A stretch of 64,000 nt of DNA. Origin: Mobula hypostoma. Its lineage: Eukaryota. The stretch's first letter is position 1. Each line of letters begins with the position of its first letter. The stretch lies in assembly GCF_963921235.1 (NCBI RefSeq), contig NC_086108.1:72480001-72544000 (forward strand). The letters run 5' to 3'. The position numbers were made by a program, and so were the translations under genes. This document shows positions 24,800 through 35,715 of the stretch, piece after piece. The notes under the pieces are model-generated. The model searched no databases. It worked only from the letters and a program-made list of their open reading frames with translations, and was not told the origin of the DNA.

Positions 24800-26737
24800 C
24801 TTTAATATAATATTTTTTCTCAGCATAACAAAACTTATAATTTCCAGATACGCTTACATTTATATTTCTTCCCCTCACAGATATCAGGCATCAGAACACT
24901 GCCATCAAAATATAAACATCACCACAACATCCTATACAAAAGCCCTTATTAGTATAGCAGACAGGTTTACAGCTATATACTGCAGAAAAGGTTGCCATGT
25001 TTTATGAAAGCTATTTGTTTTTGAGTGTACCATACACGTCAAAAAGTCCAAAGGAATGTATTCATTTGATTAATTTATGCCAACCAAAAAGTCCAGGGGC
25101 CTTATCGGATATCCAACAAAGTAAAATGTTCTTCCTCGCACAAAAAGTCAGGATGTTAAAAAGTTTTTTCTGATGTGCATTAATAATACAACTGCTGAGT
25201 AAGCCTAAGAGAAAAGACACTGGGTCCAGTTCAAGCTCCATCTTCAGAATCTTTTCCATTTCACCCAAAATATCATTCCAGTATGCCTAAAGTTTGGGAC
25301 AAGTCCAAAAACAGTGGGTGGAAGTTCCAGTATTTACTTTACATTTAGAACACATTGGAGAAACCCCTGTCTTAAATTTTGAGAGACGATCTGGAATCAG
25401 ATGGGCTCTATGCAGAATTTTGAGTTGCAATGTTTTGGTTCTATTACAAACTGAAATCTTCTTTGCATTATCACAGATGCCTTCCCATGTTTCAGCTGTA
25501 ATTTCTACTCCCAGACCTTTCCCAGCTGCTCAGCTTCTCCACAAGAACATTCCCTCAGGATGCTGTAAAAAGTACTAATAGAGATTTCACCCTTAGAATG
25601 AAACACCCTCTTTTCTGTGTCAGAACTATGGAAATCAGTTAACAATGATAGCAGGGCTGCCCTTTATCACCACTACTTTTCACACTAGTAATCGAGCCAT
25701 TGGCTGAGACTATTCGGCGAGACCCCAAAATATCTGCTCCAGACATAGGACTAAAGTCACATAAAATTACATTGTATGCGGATGATGTTCTAATTTTCTT
25801 ATCAAACCCTGCTATATCAGTGCACCACCTTATACAATGCATCAATTCATTTAGCGCCTTTTCAGGTTATAAAATCAACTTTACTAAATCAGAGGCTATG
25901 CCTCTGGGGAATCTGCAGCAGGTGCCTGACACAGGGTGTTTTCCCCTTTAAATGGTCGCAGACAGGTTTTGTTTACTTAGGCATATTTATCACACCTACG
26001 TTTGATCAATTATTCAAAGCTAACTTTACACAGTTATTTGACAAAATCAAACAGGATCTTGAACGATGGAGCACTCTTCCCATTTCTTGGCTTGGCAGAA
26101 TATCCTTGCTTAAAATGAACATTCTTCCTCATCTGCTGTACCCAATACGAATGATTCCAATCATTTTTACCCAACAAATACTTAAAAAAAATAAATGGCT
26201 GGTTTGTTTCTTTCATCTGGAACAAAAAAAGACCCTGTATTAAAACATTTAAGTTACAGCTTCCCAGTAGTCTAGGGGGTCTGGATTTTCCAGACATCAA
26301 AAAATATCATTTAAGTTCCTTTTATCTTGTGTGGTTGACTGGGTTTGCAGGGACCCCTCCTCGATTTGGCTAGGCATTGAAGCTTCACAAGCAAAATGCC
26401 CTCTTATTAATTTGCTTTTCCTCAATAAGATGAAACTAGTTAAGGAATATTGTCGCAATCCAATAACAATTAATACAGTCAGGGCTTGGAGGGTGGTGTA
26501 ACAGATTGAGGGCAACACAGCGAAAATATCACCTTTCACTCCAATAACTGGCAGTCCAGATTTTCAGCCTGGCGTAATGGATTCCGGATTTAAACTTTGG
26601 ATTTCTAAGGGTATTTTCCGTCTAGGAGATTTGTTTGATGAAGGAATGATGATGTCTTTTAGTCAAATAGTACAGAAATTTAACATACCCAACAAGGATC
26701 TTTTTCGTTTCTTTCAGATAAGAGATTATATACAGAA
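24800..26737 (-). mobile_element. L1-clade LINE, 5'-truncated and 5'-inverted
   Basis: 24800-25645 (minus): ORF2 C-terminus with CSKCK...HCFWTCPK knuckle, 3'UTR and A-rich tail. 25646-26737 (plus): RT QGCPLSPLLF, LYADD, GYKINFTKS. TSD agagctctttt at 24789 and 26738. Confidence 0.92.
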
Positions 26738-26847
26738 AGAGCTCTTTTTTTTTGTTCTTACTACTTTAATGTGCAGAAACTAAACTCATATCTAATCCAG
26801 TTCTGCCATCACAGATTTAGTCACTTCAGTTTAAGTTGAGACCAAGC

Positions 26848-27200
26848 CAAAGTTCAAAATAAATTTATTATCAAAGTACATGTATGTCACTGTAAATAAT
26901 CCTGAGATACACGTTCCTGTGAGCATACTTAGTAAATCCAAGAACCATAATAGAATTGATGAAGGACCGTACCCAACAGGTCGGACAAACAACCAATGTA
27001 CTAAGGTCAACAAAATAATAACAATAATAATAAATAAATAAACAGTCAATATTGAGAACAGAGAGGAAGAGTCCTTGAAAATGAGTCCATAGGTTTTGAG
27101 AATGATGGGGAAAATGAAGTTATTCCCACTAGTTTAAGAGCCTAATGGTTGAGGGGTAATAACTCATCTTGAACCTTGTGAGAGTCCTGAGGTTCCTATG
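26848..27200 (-). mobile_element. Rex1/Babar 3' end
   Basis: 'aaagttcaaaataaatttattatcaaagtacatg' tail; reverse complement RFKMSYYPSTIRLLN*. Confidence 0.8.
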
Positions 27201-27584
27201 CATATGCCAAGTGAGACATATACCAACTGTGTGAAAAATGAATGACTAATGTTTGTGTAGGAAATTATTGGATACCTTTGTTTAGATTCCAGCAATGGAA
27301 AGGACAGAAACCCTTCATGGAATTTTTAATGGGGTGTGCATTTAATGCCTGAGTCAATTGCATAGTGCCAAAGGCAGATAAGTCAATTAGTTTAATCTAT
27401 GTGAAGCTGTACAGGACTTCATCCATTGCTCTTTCTACAGCCTAGTAATGAGGTTAGTTGGTACACATGATCTATATTGAGCCAACAGTGATGGAATCCT
27501 GGAAACCTTATTTCAAGGCACAAAAGCAATTTCTTTGAAAAATCTGCTGCAGTGTACTCTTATTAAAATCCCAGTCCTAGCAAA

Positions 27585-27715
27585 AAATTGGTAAATTTGT
27601 TTATTATTGTCACATGTACTGAGAAAGACTTTTAAAAACTTGTCTTGAATATCTTCCAAACAGATCAATTCATTACAACAGTATATTGAGGTAAAATAAT
27701 AACAGAATGCAGAAT
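27585..27715 (-). mobile_element. Rex1/Babar 3' tail fragment
   Basis: 'aattggt...tttattattgtcacatgtactgag' tail type. Confidence 0.55.
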
Positions 27716-30460
27716 AAATCAGAATCGGGTTAGATATCACTGGCATATGTCATGAAATTTGTTGTTTTAGGACAACAATACTTTTCAATGCATAATAAAA
27801 TCTATAAATTACTGTAAGTGTGTGTGTATATATATATATATCTCTCAAGAAAAGAAAGTAGTGCAAAAAAAGAGGGGAAAATACTGAGGTAGTGTTCATT
27901 GTCCATTCAGAAATCTGATAGCAGAAGGGGGAAAATGTTCCTGAAACACTGAGTGTCTCTGGTACTTCCTCCTTGATGGCAACAATAAGAAGAGGGGATG
28001 TCCTGGGTTGTGGGAGTCCTTTATGATGGATGACTCCTTTCTTTGAGGCACCAACTTTTGATAATGTCCTGGATACTGGGGAGCTAGTGCCCATTTATGA
28101 AGCTGGCTGAGTTTGCAAATTTCTGTAGCTTTTTCCAATCCTGTGTAGTGGCCTCTCCATAGCAAGTGATGATACAACGAATGCTCTCCACAATACACAG
28201 TATTTCATTGTAATTGCATCAATATGTTGGGCCCACAATAGATCCTCAGAGATGTAGACACTTTGGAACTTGTAACTGCTCACACTTTCCACTTCTCATT
28301 CCTCTGAGGACTGGTGTATGTTCTCTTGACTACCCTTCCCTGAAGTTCACAATCACTTCCTTTGCTTACTGACGTCGTCCAAGATTGTTGCTTCTGCACC
28401 ACTCAAACAGCTGATTTAACTCGCTCCTGTATGCCTCTTTGCCACCAACCGAAATTCTGCTAACAATAGTTTTGTCATCAGCAAATTTATAGATGCTGAT
28501 TAAGCTGTGCTTAGCCACACAGTCAAGGGTGTAGGGACAGTAGAGCAGTAGGCTAAGCATGCATTCTTGAGGTGTGGCAATTTTGATTGTCAGCAAGGAG
28601 GAGATGTTATTTCCAATCCATACAGTTTGTGGTTTCCCAGTGAGGAAGACAGGATTCAGTTGCAGTTGCAGGTAGAGGCCCAGGTTTGGGTTCTTTTTGA
28701 TTAGAGGGTATGATTCTGAGTGTGGAGCTGTAATCAATAAGCAGCAGCCTGATGCAAATGTTACTGTTGCTCAGGTGATCAAAGACTGAGTAGAGAGCTA
28801 GTGAGATTGCATCCACTGTAGACATATTGTGCTGATACGCTAATTGCAGCAGGTCCAGATCCTTTCTTAGGCAGAGTTGATTCTACGTCTCAAAGCACGT
28901 CATCACCGTAGATGTGGGTGCCGCTGGATGATTGTCGTTGCTTTTCTTGGGCACTGGTTTGATTGCCTCCCTTTTGAAGCAGGTGGAAACTGCTGACTGT
29001 CGCAGTGAGAAATTGAAGATGTCCTTGAACACTCCCAGCAGTTGGTTGACACAGGTTTTCAGAGGCCTACCTGGTACACTATCAGGTAGGGTTCTCCCTC
29101 TTGAAAGATGTTCTGACGTCAGCCTCTAAGACAGAGATCACAGGGTCATTAGATGCTGCAGGGATTCGCACAGATGTAGTTATATTCTCCCATTAAAGGC
29201 ATGCATTAAAGGTGTTGAGCTCATCTGGGAATGAAGCATCACAGCCATTAATAATGTTAGGTTTTGCTTTGTAGAAACTTAATGGCTTGCAAACACTACC
29301 AGAGCTGATGTACATCTGATCTTGTCTCTGGCCTCAATTGAAATTGTTTTTTCACCTTTAAAATAGGCTTCTGTAGGATACACCTGGACTTTGTCAAAGT
29401 TCAAAGTAAGTAAAATTATTTCAAAGTGCATATATGTCGCCATATTCAACCGTGAGATTAATTTTCTTGTGGGCAATCACAGTAACTACAAGAAACAGAA
29501 GAGAATGGATGAAATACTGTACCCAACAGGATGGATGACAACTAATGTGCAAAAAAAAACTGCAAATACAATAAGAAAGAGGGGAAAAAACGTAATAGTA
29601 ATAAATAAATAAGCAATAAATATTGAGAATGTGATGAAAGAGTCCTTGAAAGTGAGTCCGTAGGTTGTGGGAACAGTTAAGTGATGGGTGAGTGAAGTTA
29701 TGCCCTCTGGTTCAAGGGCCTAATGTTTGAGGGGTAATAACTGTTCCTGAACCTGTTGTTATGGGTCTTGAGGCTCCTGTACTTTTGTCCTGATGGCAGC
29801 AGCAAGAAGAAAGCATGGCCTGGATGATGAGGCTCCTTGATGGATGCTGCATTTCTGCAACAGAATTCCATGTAGATGTGCTCCTTGGAGGGGAGCGCTT
29901 CACCCATGATGGACTGGGCCGCATCCACTAATTTTTGTATGATTTTCTGTACAAGGGCACTGGTGTTTCCATCCCAGGCCACGATGAAACCACTCCATAT
30001 ACTCTCTACCACACGTCTACAGAGGTTTGTCAAAGTTGTAGATAACGTGCTGAACCTTAGCAAACTTCTAAGAAAGTAGAGGCACTTCCGTACTTTCTTC
30101 GGAATTGTAGTTATGTGCTGGACCCAGGCCAGATTCTCTGAAATGACAACACTGAGGAATTTAAAGCTGCTAACTCTCTCCACCTCTGATTCCCTGATGT
30201 GGACTGGCTTTTGGACCTCTGGTTTCCTCCTCCTGACGTCAATAAACAGCTCCTTGGTCTTGCTGACATTGAGTGAGAAGTTGTTGTGGCACCACTCAAC
30301 CAGTTTTTGATCACAGGTCGTGAATGCCGTAGATCTAACTGTCGGCTGATTACAAATTTCCTCGTTCATCCAGAACTTCTGGATAAAGTGTTCCAATACC
30401 GAGAAGGTGGAATGCAAGTAGGCATAAGGTGCATTGTCACAACATGATGGTGGAGTCTTG
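27716..30460 (-). mobile_element. Rex1/Babar LINE (RT region), interrupted by a second Rex copy
   Basis: ORFs STVDAISLALYSVFDHL...LLIDYSS, SIYKFADD, VSSYKF and HPLFLLLPSRR; upstream part resumes after 30302 (QKFWMNEEI). Confidence 0.88.
29393..30302 (-). mobile_element. Rex1/Babar 3' fragment nested in another Rex copy
   Basis: LVEWCHNNFSLNVSKTKELFID...VERVSSFKFL...RFRNSYYPSNIRPLN; 'tcaaagttcaaagt' tail. Confidence 0.9.
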
Positions 30461-30961
30461 TTCTAGGGAAATGTAATAGAAATGGAAAATTAAGGAAAAT
30501 ACACATTTTGTATAAAATTAAATTAAAAATGTAATTTTATGAAAGTATTACTGTGTTTACCATGGTGTTTGAGTCTACCTGTGGACCTGAAATAATATCC
30601 AAGATTCAAAAAATAATTACTCAAAATCAGTTTGAAAGCCAGTGTCTTCATGGAAATGAACAGGGTCTTTCCACCTGTCACTTCACCGAAGGAAAATTCA
30701 GTAGAATCAAAGAGCATGCACCTTAATTTTCAGTCTCCGATATCATCTGGTATGGGAAAATTTGGGACTGGAATGAAAACATAGCTGGACTTTCCAACAT
30801 TGATTTGAATTTGCAAAGTTAGTCATAGGAATAGGGAACTGGACAAATCAGGTAAATGTATGCAGCAATATTCCTCAGACAGATGCTTAAAACAATGTTG
30901 TTCCCAGTAGGGCAATGGAGTAAATATCATTTACATTTAACTTGAGGGTCTTGCTTTCCAT

Positions 30962-32734
30962 CAGGGCCGGACTTTAGGCAGGGCTAGGCTGGGCTGCAGC
31001 CCAGGGGCCCGAGCTGCAGGGGGGCCCAAAATAGGTAGCTATCATCATGGTGGACAAAAAAAAATACGCGAGTGGAGCACATGAAAGAAAAAAGAAACAA
31101 GAAAAAGAGGACTGTGAGAAAGAAGCATTAAAAATGACATTGAAATTGACAGAATTTTTTAAACCTGTTCTCGATGTTGCAGCAGTACCATTGCTCTGGT
31201 CACAGTCTGAGACCGGTGGACAAACAGTGACTTGTTCAACAGCTAGCGCTAGCACCAGTATTAGCATAGGACCACCATCCTTGCCACAGTCAGCAGCTAA
31301 TGTTGAGGAGGCAGAGAGCATGACTTTAGGATTCCCAACCACAGAGGCTTCCGAACAACCAAGTCGGGCCGTTGTTAACGTTAATGTTACCGCTACTGAG
31401 GATCCTTACAGCACTGATCCTGAGCGCTGGGCTAAGAAAGGGCCGGAGTCCTGCCAGAATAAGGATGTGGATATCAAAGCTTTGAAACGAGTATACAAAC
31501 AGCAGAGATTTTTTTCTCCAAATTTCACTTCAAACGCAAGCTCATAAATGGTGAGTACAATATCAAGGCAATGGCTCTTATACTCCCCTTCTACCGGCTG
31601 TGTGTTTTGTTTTGCATGCCGCATCTCAGTGATGGTAACTGTCAGTCCATCTTCAAAACTGGTTTTAGCGACTGGAAACATGCCGCTGAGCGCATAGGAG
31701 AGCATGAAAATAGCGAACACTACTGGAAAACGATACTGACCTACGTTACACTAGCATCTGACAGTGGAAGAATAGATACAGAACTGCAAAAACAGTTCGA
31801 GCCAGAGTGTGTCTACTGGACTGACGTATTGAGAAGAGTGTTGGTGGTTGTGAAGATTTTGGTCGAGAGGGGACTGGCTATCCGAGGCTCCAGTGACATA
31901 TTTGGCAGGCCTGATAATGGCAACTACATAGGCTCAGATCCACAATGGGACAGGACAGGCTGAATCATCTCACTCTGATGTCACTTGAAAGTGACCTTGT
32001 TCAGAAACTGGATTTTAGTGATCTGATCAAGGACTTTGCTGCAAAGAAATCCAGAAGAACTAGGCTTTAATTTTGAAAAACAAGCATCTGACTTTGTAAA
32101 TATCTGGGCTTGTCTGTCAGTGCTGTTGGTATTTTTGTGGCAATAGGCTAATAGTTGACTGTTTACAAACTTAGTAAGTAATAAGTGGTCTTTACTCTGC
32201 AAGCCACACAGTACAGCAATAGGTTAGTATGTGCTAGATCTCATTTTTCAAAAAGATTGTTGGAGTATTGTCAAGTTTCCTAGTTTCCCATAGTGCCATC
32301 TCTCTTGGCCTTTTTGTCTCTCATTTCCATTTTACTTTCTCAGAACACACAGTTGAGAAAAATACCGAGATAAAAATGTTTTGGCATTGTTTGAGAGATA
32401 AGGCCTATGGTATGTGCAACAATAGCTAAATAAAGATTTAAGATTGGGTACATCATACTTCGTCTCCCTCATAACTTTACTAAGCCAACTAAGCTTAGGT
32501 CAATTTTTGAGTGGTTTAGATATCCTTCAAACTAAGAATCTGCATTACTTTCTGTCCTCCCTCTTAAGGCCCGTAAGTTTATAGCCTACGTATTGTACTA
32601 AACCAATGTCTTGGTCCACAGCTTTGATAATTAGACCAGTACGACCTTTGCTCTTGTTCTTGCATTTTTTTTGCTTGGTACAGCAGCATCTTACGGTGTT
32701 GGCAGGGGCCCCGGCCCCACTAAATCTGGCCCTG
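30962..32734 (+). mobile_element. hAT (Tip100/ZMYM1-like, TTF zinc finger/DUF4371) DNA transposon, internally deleted
   Basis: TIRs cagggccgga / tctggccctg; 8-bp TSD ctttccat / cttttcat; ORFs SGAHERKKK, WLLYSPSTGCVFCFAC, GFSDWKH..HENSEH, LVERGLAIRG..NGNY, then a jump to C-terminal RSTMGQDRLNHLTLMSLE. Confidence 0.93.
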
Positions 32735-32814
32735 CTTTTCATTGTTAGATTCTTACGCTTTCTGGAAATATCACTTTTGTGAATTTCATTGCTGAATGGT
32801 ATTTGCTTATTTTT

Positions 32815-32985
32815 TATTGTTTGCATAATTTGTTTTTTTTTCCTTCACACTGGGTAAGTGACAGTATTCCATTTTATTAGGTTCTTTTGGGTTTCTTTGT
32901 TTTGTGCCTGCCTGTAAGAGAGGAGACGAGTGTCAAGGTCATGTATAGTATTCATACTTTGACAATAAATATATTGAACTTTGAA
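32815..32985 (+). mobile_element. Rex1/Babar 3'UTR tail
   Basis: 'catactttgacaataaatatattgaactttga' is the reverse complement of the tails at 26848 and 44785. Confidence 0.6.
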
Positions 32986-33232
32986 TGCATAGGGTAATCA
33001 GACTATTGGTTCACCAAGTCTGTGTGTACACTTAATCACCTGGACCATTCCTACCATGTGATCCACGCAGAGAAGTACTACCCAAATCAAACCCACCAAG
33101 CCTCAACATCTCCTGTTACCACCTCTCACTTCCTTCCCCCCCAGGTGATTTAGGAGGAGAAACGCAATGCCAATCATCTGAGAGACAACTTCATAGCTCT
33201 GTCCAGCTTCATATATAATCAATACAAAATGT

Positions 33233-34335
33233 AACACACACAAATTGCTGGAGGAACTCAGCAGGTCAGGCGGTATCTATGGAAATGAATAAACAGTCAG
33301 TGTTTTGAGCCAAGACCCTTCATCAGGTCTGGAAAAGAAGGGGAACATGACAGAATAAAAAGATGGAGGGAGGGGAAAGATGACAGCTGGAAGGTGATAG
33401 ATGAAGCCAGGTGGGTGGGAAAGGTAAAGGGCTGGAGAGGAAGGAATCTGATAGGAGAGGAGAGTGGACCATGGGAGAAAGGGAAGGAGCAGGGAAACCA
33501 GGGAAGGTGATGGGCAGAGAAGAGGTAAGGAACCAGAGTGGGGAATAGAAGGGGGGAAATTTTGTTTTTTACTGGAAGGAGAAATCAATATACATGCCAT
33601 CAGGTTGGAGGCTACCCAAAAAGAATCTAATGATGTTGCTCCTCCACCCTGAGGGTGACCTCATTGTGGCACAAGAGGTAGTATGGACCGATATGTCAGA
33701 ACGCGAGTATGAGTCGGAATTAAAACGTTTGGCCAGCGGGAAGTTCTGCTTTTGGTGGATGAGGCAGAGATGTTCGGTGAAGCTGTCTCACAATGTACAG
33801 CGGGTCTTACCAACGTAGAGGAGGCTATGTCTGGAGCACCGTAAACCACAGGTGGCTCCAGCAGATTTGTAGGTGAAGTGTTCCCTCGCTTGAAGGACTC
33901 CTTGGGACCCTGAATGGAGGTGAGTGAGGAGGTGAATGGGCAGGTGTAGTACTTTGGCCGCTTGCAAGAATAAGTGCTGGGAGGGAGATTAGTGAGAAGG
34001 GATGAATGGATGAGGGAACCATGGAGGGAGTGATCCCTGCAGAAAGTGGAGAGAGTGATCCCTGCAGAAAGTGGAGAGAGGGAAGAGGTAAAGATATGTT
34101 TGGTGGTAGGATCCCTTTGGAGATGGCAGAGGTTGCGGAAAATGATGCACTGGATGTGGAGGCTCATGGGCTAAGGACAAGAGCTCCCCCACTGTTAAGG
34201 CAGCAGGAAGATGAGGTGAGCACGGGTGTTCAGGAAAAGGAAGCGATGCGGGTGAAAGCAGTGCCAATGGTGGAGGAAGGGAAACTCTATGTTTTGAAGG
34301 AGGGGGACACATCTGATATCCTGGAAAGGAAAGCA
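33233..34335 (-). mobile_element. Penelope-like element fragment (GIY-YIG region + terminal repeat with decayed hammerhead)
   Basis: Minus-strand LQRDPTTKHIF...CKRPKYYTCPFT...LYVGKT; decayed HHR ctgatgaagggtcttggctcaaaac at 33293-33328; ~25-bp internal tandem duplication 34028-34080. Confidence 0.88.
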
Positions 34336-34355
34336 GGTACCTTTCCCATTATACA

Positions 34356-35232
34356 TCAGTGATCAGGATGACAGAATTGTGGCCACGTAGCAGATGACAC
34401 GAAGGTAGGTGGAGTGGCAGGCAGTTTTGAGGAATCAGGGAGCCTGCAGAAGGACTTGGACAGATTATGATCATGCACTTTGGTTGAAGGAATATTGGCA
34501 TAGACTATTTTCTAAATGGGGGTGAATTCAGAAATCTGAGCTGCAAGGAGATTTGGGAGTTCCAGTGCGAGATTCCCTAAAGATTAACTTGCAGGTTGAG
34601 TCAGTAGTGAGGAAAGCAAATCCAATGTTAGCATTCTTTTCAAGAGGACTAGAATATAAGAGCAAGGATATAATGCTGAGGCTTAGTAAGGCATTGGTTA
34701 GGTTCCATTTGGAGAATTCTGAGCAGTTTCGGGCTTCTTATCTAAGCTGGCATTGGAGAGGGTCCAGAAGAGAGTTTAAAAGAATGATTCCAGGACTGAA
34801 ATGGTACAAGGAGCATTTGATGGCTTTGGGCCTCTTCTCGCTGGAGTTTAGAAGAATAATGGCAGTGGGCGGGGGAACTCAGTGAAACCAACCAAATATT
34901 GAAAGGCTTAGATAGAGTGGACATGGAGAGGATGTTTCCTATAGTAGTAGAATCTAGGACCAGAGAGCACAACCTCAGAATAGAAGCATGGCCCTTGAGA
35001 ACAGAGATGAGGAAGATTTCTCCAGCTAAAGAGTGGTGATTCTGTTCGCAGGCTGCTGTGGGGGCCAAGTTATTGGGTATTTTAAAGCAGAAGTTGTTCG
35101 GTTCTTGATTAGTAAGGGCATCAAAGGTTACAGGGAAAAGGCAGGAGGATGGGGTTGAGAGGGAAAATAACTCAGTCATAACTGAATGGTGGAATTCGAC
35201 TCCTTTGTCTGATGCCTCACATCTTATTTTGG
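34356..35232 (+). mobile_element. CR1 3' fragment
   Basis: ADDTKVGG; NLQVESVVRKANPMLAFFSRGLEYKSKD; CR1-like 3' end. Confidence 0.88.
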
Positions 35233-35302
35233 TCATTGAGGCAAAACCCAATACACTTCCCGTTTGAAACTAGGTGTTTAGAACTGAAATATTGACCTGA
35301 CA

Positions 35303-35715
35303 GATTGAATTGAATTGGCTTTATTACTTACATCATTCATATACATGAAGAGTAAAAATCTTTGTTATGTCTCTGTCTAAATGTGCAATGTGCAATTTAT
35401 AGTAATTTATAATAAATATTAAGTACAACAGGACAGTCAGTATAACATAGAAATACAGTTGTATCAGCCTGAATTAATCAGTCTGATGGCCTGGTGGAAG
35501 AAGCTGTCCCGGAGTCTGTTGGTCCTGGCTTTTATGCTGCGGTACTGTTTCCCAGATGGTAGCAGCTGGAACAGTTTGTGGTTGGAGTGACTCAGGTCCC
35601 CAACGATCCTTCGGGCCCATTTTATGTACCTGTCTCTGTAAATGTCCTGAATAGTGGGAAGTTCACATCCGCAGATGCACTGGACTGTCCGCACGACTCT
35701 CTGCAGAGTCCTGTG
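35303..35715 (-). mobile_element. Rex1/Babar 3' fragment
   Basis: HKLFQLLPSGKQYRSIKARTNRLRDSFFHQAIRLINS; (attga)n tail. Confidence 0.9.

Noticed and set aside
31047..31963. Host ZMYM1-like gene
   Set aside because: Frameshifted, internally deleted, and bounded by TIRs and an 8-bp TSD, so it is a transposon
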